Part shown: in pieces, positions 26,032 through 38,815 of the stretch
Layout of the letters: the number at the start of each line of letters is the position of its first letter
How positions within the stretch are numbered: the first letter of the stretch is position 1
Assembly: GCA_000934665.2 (NCBI GenBank)
Contig: KZ538894.1
Coordinates: 1 to 62,308 of the forward strand
Source of the DNA: Catajapyx aquilonaris
Taxonomy: Eukaryota
Direction of reading: 5' to 3'
DNA: 62,308 bases
Notes under the pieces: model-generated
The model's database searches: none
The model's input: only the letters and a program-made list of their open reading frames with translations
Told to the model about the DNA's origin: nothing
Made by a program: the position numbers and the translations under genes

Positions 26032-27021
26032 AATTTTCCATTAGACACAGACAATAATTTAAATGTATTAATTTATTATTTACATCTATGATTGTATAGC
26101 GCTCTTTCAGTTTTGTATTTTACATGACTACAAAGAGCACCGCTTTATATATGAATATTATTACTTTTTATCTCGGGCTGCACATTGTCATGATGCTGTA
26201 GGACCCCTGCCGGAAATCATACATGTGTACACACATTTCCGTTGGCAAAAACAGAGCAACATTTTTTATATTTGATATAGGTTTCAGGCATCCATTTTGT
26301 TTAAAATTAAATATTATTCTCGAGAACTGAAAGCAATAATAATTGCTTCATGTAAAAGTAAACTAATTCGGCATTTCCCCCCCTTACATGCTTCATTAAC
26401 TGTCGAGACCGAGCTGGGAGCTCATAATATTTTCCTTTTATGCACAGCACCAGACGTAATATAGAAAAGTACGTATAATATTTGCTTAATGAGACCACTC
26501 CTGTACTTAACCCCCTTGAATTGTTTTCGGAAACAAATAAAATGAGCTCCAAATTAAACCGAGATTCCGCTTTACATAGCCCCCATTTTCCCTAGGTTAG
26601 AGAAGTACATAAAAATCCTTCCATCAATATTTCATACAGCAGAGTATACAGGTGGAAGGAAAAGCAAATTAATTTTAACCCAGTATGAAGCAGTCATGTC
26701 CAACTCCCATCGGGTGCATATTAAATGGGACTGTCCCAAAAAATAATGTCCATAATTAACCTCTAGAGACCCAATGTATAGTATGCTATACATTCTAGAG
26801 GTTAAGTAACTAGCCGCAGAAGCAAAATCCCGAAAGACGCTAGTTGATTTTTTTGAAGAAAAAAAATTAACCAAATCATACGCAGTTGTTTGTTTGTCCA
26901 GGTTTGGTCACCATGGAAACAGACTTTGCGAAGAACGGGTTCTCTGCTAGTACATTCACTATAGACTCTGCTAATACAGTGTAATATCATATATAGATTT
27001 GGCATCGCATGGCATTAGGCC

Positions 27022-27110
27022 TCTGTTTGTCCGCGGTGAGTCATCAATAGTGTGCACATAGCGAGGATGTGTCATCTATGTGGAGGAGATGGTACTACGT
27101 CCACAGGGCT
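27022..27110 (-). mobile_element. Dispersed CTCF/AP-1-motif repeat family copy
   Basis: tctgtttgtccgcggtgagtcatca...tcatctatgtggaggagatggtactacgtcca. Confidence 0.75.
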
Positions 27111-27679
27111 TCAAAGTGAACCGTACCCTCGTGTAGGCACGCATGTACAGTACTGCTATGCTGGATACACCCACACAAGTATTCCAACTGTATGGCGTGT
27201 GTGTTGGTTGGGATGTGTGCATATACCCCTGGAGAGAATCGGCCAGCCTCTCTTTTCCTTTGACACATGAAGCGAAGGCAAACGCGGCCTGTTCTTGCTT
27301 GCATTGGCCCCGGGGAAAGAGAGACGGAGAGGGTGGATGGGAGGGGGGGGGGGGCTGCCCCCCCACACGCCAAGCCAGCCCCTGGGGCACCCTGTGAAAA
27401 GGGTTAACCGGGCGAGACACATGAAAGTCAAGGATTTGTTTGGCCAACCAAGCAGAGGTCCAAGAGAGAGGGTAGGCCTTAATTAAATGGCCGGGCTCGT
27501 NCCCTCTCAAAAACTGATTGACTCACTGCCCTGATCCTCCTCCTCCTCCTCATAGCCAACACTGCCCCCTCTTTATCATATTTGGACTTCTCTCCTCAAG
27601 CCTTACCCCACCACCCTCTAAGCTCACTCAAGCACGTAGCGACACTACTGGTGGGCTTCATTCTCGCATTTAATCGTGG

Positions 27680-28412
27680 TTATTACCGCTACTGCTCTTG
27701 TAAATAACAGCAATACTGCTATTTCAAAAAAATAGCAGCACTGCTACTCCAACAGCGATTTACTGAGTTGTTATTACATAATAGCAGTGATTAATGGTGC
27801 CAGTTATTCTAAACTAGCAATGATTTAGGAATACAACTGTAAAATAGCAGTTATTTTCACTCTAACTAGCAGTTATTTTTGCTTATATAACTAGCAGTTA
27901 TTTTTGCTTCTCTAACTAGCAGTTATTTCATGATATTGCTATTCCAAAATTGCAGCGATCATTGCTACTAAAAATAGTCAGTTAGTTCTCAATGCAGGTG
28001 ATCACAGAGGCCGATTATACTTCCTGCACTCAATTACTCGCCGTGCTAAGGGACACGAGGTGGTGGTAGGGAAAAGAACGATTAGTTTGTAGTTCAGTAA
28101 TCACTCTTGCTCCTTATTCTGGAAGTAGCAGCCATCATTTGATATTGTGCTTCAGAAATGGCAGGAATCACTGCACCTAAAGTTTAAACTATTAGCATTG
28201 CTCACTGCTGTTAACAATTAGCAGTGATCACTGTGCTAGTAACGAGGAGCAGTAATCAAAGCGACATTAACAACTAGCAGTGAATGTTAGCAGCTATTAG
28301 TAATCACAGTGCTATTAACACCCAGCAGTGAATAGAGCGCTGCTAACAAAGAGTAGTGATCAGTGTGATATTAACAACTAGAAATGATCACAGCGTTATT
28401 ATTAAATAGTTC
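27680..28412. repeat. Degenerate AT-rich minisatellite (tagcagt core)
   Basis: Recurrent aactagcagttatt / agcagtgatcac motifs grading into the 32-bp array. Confidence 0.65.
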
Positions 28413-29239
28413 AGTGATTATAACTACTGCTATTATTAAACAGCAGTGATTATAACTACTGCTATTATTAAATATCAGTGATTATAGCTACTGCTATTAT
28501 TAAGCAGCAGTGATTATAACTACTGCTATTATTAAACAGCAGTGATTATAACTACTGCTATTATTAAACAGCAGTGATTATAACTACTGCTATTATTAAA
28601 CAGCAGTGATTATAACTACTGCTATTATTAAACAGCAGTGATTATAACTGTTGTTTAATAGCAGGGATTATAGCTACTGCTATTATTAAATAGCAGTGAT
28701 TATAACTACTGCTATTTCCCAACGGAATTGATCACGTTTTCGTCAATAGCTATTATTAAACTGCAGTGATTATAACTACTGCTATTATTAAATAGCAGTA
28801 GCTTAACCACTGCTATTTAATAATAGCAGTAGTTATAATCACTGCTGTTTAATAATAGCTATTGACGAAAACGTGATCAATTCCGTTGGGAAATAGCAGT
28901 AGTTATAATCACTGCTATTTAATAATAGCAGAAGTTATAATCACTGCTAATTAATAATAGCAGTAGCTATAATCCCTGCTATTAAACAGCAGTGATTATA
29001 ACTACTGCTATTATTAAACAGCAGTGATTATAACTACTGCTATTATTAAATAGCAGTGGTTATAGCTACTGCAATTATTAAATAGCAGGGATTATAACTA
29101 CTGCTATTATTAAACAGCAGTGATTATAACTACTGCTATTATTAAACAGCAGTGATTATAACTACTGCTATTATTAAATAGCAGTGATTATAACTACTGC
29201 TATTTCCCAACGGAATTGATCACGTTTTCGTCAATAGCT
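28412..29239. repeat. 32-bp tandem array with an internal inversion
   Basis: Unit gtgattataactactgctattattaaacagca; inverted block at about 28810-28990; unique 35-mer present three times. Confidence 0.95.
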
Positions 29240-30399
29240 GGTAACAGTACATCTCTCTTGAAAAGCCCGTTGCCAAAAAAAAGAGTGTGTGCGTGAATCC
29301 TCCATAACTTTTCAATAATCCGGTAATCTGAAGGCCTCCTGGCGTCGAGGGAGCGAAACTCCCAAATGGCCGTTAGCAAGTAGAGCGCAGTGCATTCAAC
29401 GCGAATTTTCTTTTCCACCTCGGCTCTCTACGGTGGGGTGGGGGTGGGGGTGGGGGGAGAGGGAGGGGGTAAATAGCGACACGTCCATCGCCGCGGGGGA
29501 ACGCGTTCCATGTAACCCCTCCAATCGGTTTGACGGCCCAACAAAAGCTGCTTATCTCCTTTCCAAAAAAAAAAAAAAAAACTAGAAAAAACGTGGCTGA
29601 TAATAATAATTTTTTTTGGTGAAAAAATGAAGCAGAGGGCAGCACATGCCACTTTTCCTGCCCCCGTAATCTGATGGAGAAATGAAGAGAGAGTAATCTC
29701 ATTAGTGGAAGCACTGAGAAGGATTTGTTAAATGGGATGTGTATATTTTGAAGGGGGAAATCATGTTGCAAGTTTTAAGTAACTTACTATATAAATAGAT
29801 GGAAACGATTTGGCGTTTTTTTTTCACCGTGTGTTTCATAAGATGGCTCCAATCCGTATGGTTCTTAGCTCCAATGGAGCGCATGTGCTTGTCCGAAACA
29901 TTTCTTGGCATATTGCACAGGACCAGGAAATGTTTCGGGGCAGCGAATGTCCCATTAACTGTTGACACGACCATTAGATGGCAGGGAGTCCTCTCCCGGT
30001 GTCTCTTCTTCAAACTAATAAAATGGCCGCGGATTAGTAGTCCTGCGGATAAATCGAGGCAGCAATTGAGTGGGCCGTTGCGTCACTTTAACGGCCGGTT
30101 TGTATTAGCGCGTAACGTTGGGACAACCCGCCTTCGCCAAACAGACTCTGATTGTAGGGGCCCCATTTTGTATTTCAAAACGGCCTCTTGATCGGGGACC
30201 CTTCTCTATTAACGACCCAATAAAAAATGGAGGGTCAGTCGTATCGTTTCAAGGGTTCCGATTCGACCAAACTGGACACGCGCATCTCGTCCCATCACAC
30301 ACTCTGTATTCTCGCACTTTCCGATCGTCAATCAGGAGCAGCCATTCTAAAAATAGCAGCGATTTACTCATGCGACTATTCTAAAATACGCGAGCAATA

Positions 30400-30640
30400 T
30401 TATTACTAATATTGCTATTCTTAAAAAGCTGTTATTACTGGCATTGCTATTCTTAAAGAGCTGTTATTACTGGCATTGCTATTCTTAAAGAGCTGTTATT
30501 ACTGGCATTGCTATTCTTAAAGAGCTGTTAGTACTGGCATTGCTATTCTTAAAGAGCTGTTATTACTGGCATTGCTATTCTTAAAGAGCTGTTATTACTG
30601 GCATTGCTATTCTTAAAGAGCTGTTATTACTGGCATTACT
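30400..30640. repeat. 32-bp tandem repeat, about 7 copies
   Basis: Unit ttattactggcattgctattcttaaagagctg; degenerate continuation to about 31125. Confidence 0.95.
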
Positions 30641-31125
30641 GTCCTAATATAGCTGCTATTGCCGATATTGGTTGATCGGCTGTTAGACAAGTTAAACGCT
30701 ATTCTACCATAGCAGTTATTACCAATATTGATGATAAAATAACAGTGAATTACCGATATTGCTATTCTAACATATGCTATTACTGATATTTGCCTGAAAA
30801 GCGGTGATACATTTAAAGATATTCTTATGGAGCAGTTATTTGCTGATAGGATGATCATATTATATTACCATCGATAACTGCTATTTTTGCTGAAAACAGC
30901 AGTTATCAATGTTAAAGTCTCATCCTACACAGTACAGCAGTTATTACCACTGTTGCTTATGAAATAACAACGATACTGATATTCCAAAAATTTGTCGTTG
31001 TTACTGATATTGGTCTAAAAGAGCTGTTATACATCTTAAAACTATTCTTGTGTAACAGTTATTACCAATATTGGTATTCATACAGGAATTATTACCAATA
31101 TTGGTTTTCATATAGGAATTATTAC

Positions 31126-31460
31126 GGGGAGACGGAGTGGCGCCGCGGTAACGCGCGCGCCCACGGAAGTTAAGGTCCCGGGTTCAATCCCCACCCGGGG
31201 TTCCCACCTTCTTTCGTGCAGAGTTGGGCCATCTCTGGCTTCGTTTCGGGTGGCAATTTCCGACAGAATAAGCCACTCGGGGGAGTTCACAAAATGACGA
31301 TTAGAGACAGTGCACTTGCACTTTGCACATCCCCTCCCACCCACCCTTGGAGTACACTAATTAAGATCTTAAACTCGCTCCAAACAAATCCCAACGGTGG
31401 TAACCCCCCCCCCCTCCCTATGGAGTAGTATAACTCCCCCCGTGGGGTAATGAAAAAAAA
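31126..31460 (+). mobile_element. tRNA-derived SINE, family 1, copy 3
   Basis: Homologous to 1913-2236; A tail; perfect 12-bp TSD aggaattattac at 31114-31125 / 31461-31472. Confidence 0.9.
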
Positions 31461-32439
31461 AGGAATTATTACCAAAAGTGTTATTCAAAATAGCAGTTAT
31501 TTAGTGATAATGTGATTATAAAAGCATCAATAACGGCTATTCCTGCTGAATATAGCGAATAGTTTGTTATAAGTAGTAGTTATTACAAACTCTTAGTTAT
31601 AATAGCCACCAGATCCTGCATTTCCAAAAAAAACTGGCCGACCTCGACTACACCGGCATGCCGCTTTAAGTGAGGTAGTCCAGTATGAAATTTGCATTTT
31701 TTGGGTGAATTACCCTCCTTGTTAAGGGTGTCTAACTTGCAGCTAATTACTCGTACATGCCGTTTGTGACTTGGGATCAGAAATAGCAAGAAAAAGTACT
31801 TTCTGAGATGGCCATTTTGAATCCAGTTTCTGAGACTTGCCGTTTTTGACAGAATGGCGGGGCATTGGGCGACCTGGAAGCCACCAGAAAATGTTATTTA
31901 GCAACTAGCTACGCTCAAGTACACGTAATAGCAAGTACCAGAATTTTTCGTAGCAAGTTCACGGTCCGATCTGCAAACACACGTCTCATAGAGAGAGTAG
32001 ATGAATGTGCCTGCCCCGATATGTCTCCACTGCTGGGCTGCCAACTGACAAAAAAAATGAGAAATATTAGTCGAGGGTGTGTAGATGGCAGTAAAGGACA
32101 TCTGCGGTCCCACTCGTGTTTCCACGCCCGGAATCGCCCCCGACCGCCTTCAAAAGAGGAAAGTCCGCGGATTAAAAGCAAATGGCCCCGGCAGGCAGAA
32201 CCGCAAATATTGACGGCAGACTACTTGATCCCCCTCCCCCCTCCCTCCCTCCACAGGGCCTCAAAAAATAGGGGCCCTGGAATTAGAGGGGCTGGAATTT
32301 CAGCATCGTTACTCATCAAGGCTGTTAAGACCCACTGCTAAGCGGAAATGACGCGTCCGGAGATGAATGGCCAGCCAAGAGTGTTCAAAACATCTTCAGA
32401 TCGACTAATGCCACGGTTGGAAAACGATCGAAAACTCAC

Positions 32440-33020
32440 CAACATCATTCGACCAAAATGGCTGACGGGTTTCAACGCAATGGGGCCGAAATGGCGGACG
32501 CGACTGGACGCAACCGAACGCGTCAACTTTCAATCACCACTTAGCTAACCCGTCTGAACATAGTCAAACACTGGTCCATATGGCACAAAAATGGGATCGA
32601 TTGCGGACGAGTTTCGATGAAATCGAACGCATTTTGACGCGATCCAACGCGTCAATCGTACAAATCTCATGAACTGAACTATTTTGACGAATTGGACGAC
32701 TCCAACAGGTCTGTGTGGCACAAATAGGGCTACAATGGCGGACGCGTTTCGATGCGACCGAACGCGCCAACCTTGAAAATACCATGAACCAAGATGGGTG
32801 ACACGTTTAGGCACAATCTATACTGAATGTAACAAATATGGCCAAAATGGCGTATGCGTTTTGATGCGACTGAAGGCAACCGAACGCGTCAACTTAAAAT
32901 AAATTATCACGAACCAAAATGGCTGACACATTAAGGCACAGTGGACGACTCAGCCTACCCTGGACGTATCAAATATGGACAAAATGGCGACGCGTTTGAA
33001 CGCGGCCAGACGCGTCAATT
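32440..33020. repeat. Degenerate ~120-130-bp tandem repeat with AAAATGGC and ACGCGTC motifs
   Basis: ccgaacgcgtcaa-like motif near 32513, 32643, 32757, 32879 and 33006. Confidence 0.75.
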
Positions 33021-33974
33021 GGCACCAGTTAAATGCCAAAATGTAACACGTGTCTAATTCACCCATTCATCGTTTGAAATCAACTCTAATAGGCCAGTAA
33101 CCTCCGTTTCATGAACTCTACTCATTGTCAGGGAAGCCAACATAACAGCACAAAAGGCGGCGCCATCCCGCACACCCCCCAAAATGGCCTGGCCAATTAT
33201 TGCTCCCAATTCATGCCCACCGCCACCGCCCGAAAAAAAGAGGTAATTACACTAAGCATTGCATAGTCTGTAGACTTGTTGCAACAAAAAAAAATCGCAC
33301 AATTGTGTGTGCGGCTTGCCCTCCCTGCGAAACCTGACTGCTGACCAATTACTGGAGTCATTAGCGGTCCACGTGCATTGTTTCGATTTGATGCACACCT
33401 GGTAAGCGGATCAGCCCAGTTGCCCATTTTCAATTACTCTGCAGAATAAAAAGGTAGCCATTTTGCACGGATCATTTCGTTAACCCGCGCACATAGCCAT
33501 CTAATCGCTTCTGGAGCCACAAAGTGTAAGAGGTTATTAGCCAGTCGCCGCTACATTAAGCGATCGCAGGCTAGGTAGGGCTGAAAATAGCTGTCATTCA
33601 GCGCCTGACTATGCCCGTTCCTCATAAATAGCGGCTGGAAATTTTCTCCAGCTATTTCTCAGTAACTACATTACCATTAGTTATTTCAGCAACTGCTTTA
33701 AGCTACTTTCCGATAACAACAATTAATTACCTGACACTACTATAAAGCTATTTATAAGCAACAGCTATCAGATATTTTAATAACCGCCCCACTATCTGCT
33801 ATTTGGCTATTTTAGCAACTGCAATCACAATAGTTCTCATTATTTTGTATGGAGCAATTTCTCAGCAGCTGCTAGATTTTCCAGTAACCGTTGTTTAGTT
33901 TTCCTCGTAACTGCTATTTGAATATTTTCAGCAATTCTCAAATAGTTTTGAACCGCTATGACCATTTTCTCAGC

Positions 33975-34580
33975 AACGTTATCAAGCTATTTTCACTAAC
34001 CATAATGAAGTCATTTTCACTATCCATTATGAAGCTATTTTCACTAACCATAATGAAGTCATTTTCACTATCCATTATGAAGCGTTTTCTTACTGTTCGT
34101 ATGCTATTTCTTACTAAGCTATTTTGTACTGTTATTAGTAAGCTTATCAGTATAGCTTAGTAAGATATAGCTTAATAACCAGTTAATAACAGTCCGAAAT
34201 AGCTTAGTGACTAAGCCATTTGGGACTGTTATTAAGCTATATCTTACTAAGCTATTTCGGACTGTTATTAGACTATATCTTGCTAAGCTATTTCTTACTG
34301 TTATTAAGCTATTTCTTACTAAGCTATTTCTGACTGTTATTAAGCTATATCTTAAGAAACTATTTCGGACTGTTATTAAACTATATCTTGCTAAGCTATT
34401 TCTGACTGTTATTAAGCTATTACTGACTGATATTAAGCTATTTCTGACTGTTATTAAGCTATTTCTTACTAAGCTATTTCTGACTGTTATTAAGCTATAT
34501 CTTACGAAGCTATTTCTGACCGTTATTAAGCTATTTCTTAAGTGTAATTAAGCTATTTTTCACTAACCGTTACGAAGCTA
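33975..34580. repeat. AAGCTATTT-core tandem arrays (48-bp, then 36-bp units)
   Basis: 48-bp dimeric unit at 33984-34085; taagctatttctgactgttattaagctatatcttac units at 34210-34560; short inverted block at about 34153-34209. Confidence 0.9.
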
Positions 34581-35281
34581 TTACGTAGCGACTGCTGCAT
34601 AGCTGTAGCTGCTATTAATAACAATAATGATTACAGTCATCAAAGAGGAGCTACATAAGTAGCGGTTTATGACAGTTCTCGACGGCAGTTATTACAATAA
34701 CGGATGCAATGGCTTCCAAAGTATCCTGGAGTTCCTTAAAGAAGAAGGAAAAATGGGTGGGGAGCATTGCAAGTTGGCTATTGGGGCGTCTGGCACGCAA
34801 CGTAAACGGGGGCAGTAATAGCAATTGAAGCTCTTGTCGGTTTGGGAGAGCCAGGGCCTAAGAGTGGAAGAGAGAAACTTGGAGCCAATTACCAGACGCT
34901 TCAAACTAGGTTCTCTCAAGTACAGAAGAAGCAACACGGCCCCACGACCAGACACACATACGCCTCGCTTCCAAAAAAAAGAAAAAAAAGAAGAAGAAAA
35001 AGAAAGAACAAGATCCGAAAAAGAAGTCCTCCTTTTTCTCCAGAGTTGGAAACAGCCATGCTCCAAACTAATTACGATCCTTGCTTGCTTGTCCCCCACC
35101 CCCTCCCAACTCGCTCTTTTAGCCTTGCTGACGACTCAGGTTCCTGCCACTAGACTCGACAAATCTGCTTGTTACTAAGAACAACACGTAATGCAACATT
35201 GCCCTTGTTTTGTCAAAGTTCTTCGATATTTTAGTTTCAGTCTTGGAATTACGTAGGCAAGGGTCAGTTGTTGATGTCCAT

Positions 35282-35430
35282 GCTATTTCTCAGTAACAGC
35301 TATGAAGCTCTTTCTCAGTAACGGCTATGAAGCTATTTCTCAGTAACGGCTATGAAGCTATTTCTCAGTAACAGCTATGAAGCTCTTTCTCAGTAACAGC
35401 TATGAAGCTATTTCTCAGTAGCAGCTTTTA
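35282..35430. repeat. 25-bp tandem repeat, about 6 copies
   Basis: Unit gctatttctcagtaacagctatgaa. Confidence 0.92.
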
Positions 35431-36073
35431 AGTTATTTTCAATAACAGTTAATATGTTGTTTCTCAGTAATAGCTATTCAGCCATATCCCAGTGACTACT
35501 ATTGGGCTATTCTTAGTAACCGATATTAAGCTGTAACCATTGGCAGCTGCTTCTCAGTTACTGCTATTAGGCTATTTTCAGTAATTGGTGTTAAGTGATT
35601 TTCAGTAACCACTGGGAGGTGTTTCTCAGTAGCTGCTATATCTAACAGTAACCCATGCCGCCATTAAAATAACTAATAAATCGCCCGACCTTTAGCGGTT
35701 ATCGTGGGAAGCTAGTCTAAGACGTTATTACAGAGTTATGGCTAACAGAATAACTGTTATTAAGCCGATTAACGACCGCTGCAATTACTTAACACAGTTG
35801 GAATTATCAATATTGGGTTTAATGTTCCACTAATATTATTTAATCGTAGTTTAATTTCATGGCACGATTCTACATTCAATAATATTTTTAGTCCTAATGT
35901 AAGAACAGTCTTCACTTGATTTAATGACAACATGTATCGAAATGTTAATAATTTAACGCGTAAAAATTATTATTAGCATTTGAAATCAATTAAAAATAAT
36001 TTAGTATGTCTACTACGTAATAGTTTGACAACGATTTGTTACGTTGACTTTACCATACACAAATATTACTATA

Positions 36074-36280
36074 CAGGGTGGTCCAAGTTCAAGTGTCGTT
36101 TTATAACGGCGATTAATAGAAGCGCTTAACGATGACGTAGCAGCGACGTGTAAAATTGCCCACTTCGATCGCGCCGAAGATGCGCCGAAGTGGGACATTT
36201 TACGCGTCGCTGCTACGTCATCGCAAAATCACTGCTATTAATCGCCGTTATAAAACGACACTTGAACTTGGACCACCCTG
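36074..36280. mobile_element. Tc1/mariner-type palindromic MITE, family A, copy 2
   Basis: Near-identical to 3524-3731; TA TSD. Confidence 0.9.
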
Positions 36281-37459
36281 TATTTCAGAATCACCATCAG
36301 TGTATACCAAATTAATAGATAGGTTTGCACTAATCATCCGGAGTGTAATGCACGGTTGTATAAATGTAGATGCAAACTGCATGTAACAATAGTGGTAATG
36401 TTTTAATTGGCGATCACGCAGATTTGTGGATACCGCATTAAATGCGGTTCATACATTGAAATAATTATTCCTCTAAATTGCTACATTTAACAGCTATACG
36501 CAACACACGGCGCAGAATGTGCAAACACCGCTATTTTCATAAGCCAGGAAATTTTAGAGCAATAAAATCAAAATAAAATGTAATGAATGTTGAGAACATT
36601 GTAGCCAACAGAAAAGTTCTTTTTGGCTGAAAACAGGAGCACCAACAGAAGTCATCCATGTTGACAAGTAAAAAATTGGGTGTACCAATAGTGGTTGACA
36701 TTAAATGACATTATTAATGAATCTAGATTACCCAAATATTGTCAGAAAACATGAAGTGGACCGGGATCGGATCCGGGTCCGATATCGCCCAGTGGCGTGT
36801 GAATGGCCTTCATATTCCTTATTGCTTGCGAATGGTGAAGGTGATGAAATACTCTTGCAGTGCAGAAAATATCAAATGAAAAAAATTCTGCCCCCCCAAA
36901 GGTGCCCCCCCCCTTTTTTTTGAGGTGGAGGGGGGGGGGGTCTTTTAGGAGTAGCGTCATCTGTCACTGCCACCTTTTCCTCTCCATAGCAACTTCCAGC
37001 GCCATCTCAGAGAGACTGTGATACGTCATTGTCCGCAGCCCCCTTTTTCCAAGGGAAGGAGGGAAAAAATACTTTTTTCTTCCTCCTTCCTCCACCCCCT
37101 GAACTGGTTCTAACGCAGCACAAAATATATGTCTAGAACTGTACAGTAAGTTATTGTTAAAACTTCATGCGCAGTGTACCAACATGCAGTGAATGGGCTG
37201 GTATAACTGCTCTGTTTTTGGCAGAAAAATTGCGCTGTGGGACTGACAATGTAATATGCTAAAAATACATGCTTGGAGCACGCATGATTGTATAGACAAT
37301 ATTTTTGACGTTTTTAAACATCAAAAATTTCGCGTCGGAACAGCTACTTTTAGCTACTAGAAATTGCATATAACCAATAAATAAGCAGCATTTCAAACAA
37401 GGCTTGTCTTCCTGCACCTATACATTTTTTGTTCTACTTATACTACTTAAAAATGCAAA

Positions 37460-38260
37460 TATCAGTTAAGATTGAGTAGCTATATTAGTTACTGGCAGAT
37501 GTTGAATTATCTAAATATTAGTTTTGATTAAGCAGCAGTTGTCTTAATTATAGTTACTTGACGCTGTTGATGTAGCGACGTTAGTTATCATTTAGCAGTT
37601 CTTTTAACCAGCAGTTACTTGTAGCTGTTGAGGCAATGAATAATTATTAGTTGTTACTTTAAACAGTTACTTGTAGCTACTTGTAATTAAAACAGATATT
37701 TTAATTTTTATGAGTAAGCTAATAAAAATTAAAACGTCGGTTTTAATTAAGCAGCTACTTTAAAGGGTCACTTTGTAGCCATTGAAATGCCACAATATCA
37801 GTTAGGATTAAGCAGTTATTTCAAACAGCTGCTTGTAGCTGTTGAAATATTGTATGATGTTATTTAAGCTTATTACCAAGCAGTTCTTTTAACCCGTTAC
37901 TTATAGCGTCTGACACAGTGAAATTTTAGATGTGATCCATCGGTTACTTTAAAGAGCTATAGATGAAAATATGAGTTTGATTAAGCAGCTATACTTTAAA
38001 CGCTCACTTGAAGCTGTTGAAATATCGAATTGTAATTTATGATTAAGCAGTTTTATTTCAAATAGCTGAGTATAGCTGTTGATCCAGTGACATATTAGTT
38101 ATCTTTGATATGTTATAGTCAACAGTTACGCATAGCTGTTGAAATGTTATATGATATCAGTGTAAATGGAGAGCTTATTCAGGGCTTCACATTCGATGAA
38201 TTCACAAAATTCTTTAAGAAGTAACTGTTGAAAAGTAACTGCTTAAAATCCAAGCTGCTG
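37460..38260. repeat. Degenerate AT-rich minisatellite (taagcagttact / agctgttgaaat)
   Basis: Repeated gctgttgaaat and taagcag(t/c)t motifs. Confidence 0.65.
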
Positions 38261-38781
38261 ACTTTATAGGGTCAAAAATCGCTGCCTGTGCTTGTCTCGC
38301 CTGCTTCTCTTTACAATCCCGGCCCGTCTGGCAACAATGGCCTCCGTTCCCAAAAATCGATGACACAATTTTGTGTGTGTGGACCGCGTCACACGTCCCA
38401 CATATTTACCCCCCCTCTCGCGTCACACAACCTCCCCCTTGACTTTTTGAAGGGCTCATAATATTATGGCAAGCAGGTTGCTAGGGGTGACAACAAGATT
38501 GTTGAAAATTACAAGCCCAATGGTTTTCTCTCTCCCTCCCATATACATACACTTGACGGTCCAGCGGACAATCAAACCGTCGGTCAAACTGATAGATGCA
38601 ATTTGTCTCCGCGTCAATATATACCATCGGAGCCTGGTAAATTGAACCAGCCTGCTTTTGTAGCACGGATAAAAAGTTTTAAAAAAAATACATGCGCTGA
38701 GTATGGGGTCGCCATTTTTGCGCAAAAAAAGAGAGGGTTAATCACAATACCTTCATCATGCTGGGAGGGTTGGCACATGTC

Positions 38782-38815
38782 ACATACCTGCAAAGAGAGG
38801 AAAAATGTGTTACTA
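38782..38815 (-). other. Candidate recursive splice site (3'ss immediately followed by 5'ss)
   Basis: Minus strand ctagtaacacatttttcctctctttgcag|GTATGT; junction 38788/38787. Confidence 0.45.

Noticed and set aside
31671..31690. let-7-like start TGAGGTAGT and other miRNA seed-like matches
   Set aside because: Match ends after 9 nt with no precursor hairpin; I recognised no conserved miRNA by eye
33891..34551. Periodic Leu/Lys-rich ORFs (KLFLTVIKL...)
   Set aside because: Translations of the 48-bp and 36-bp tandem repeats
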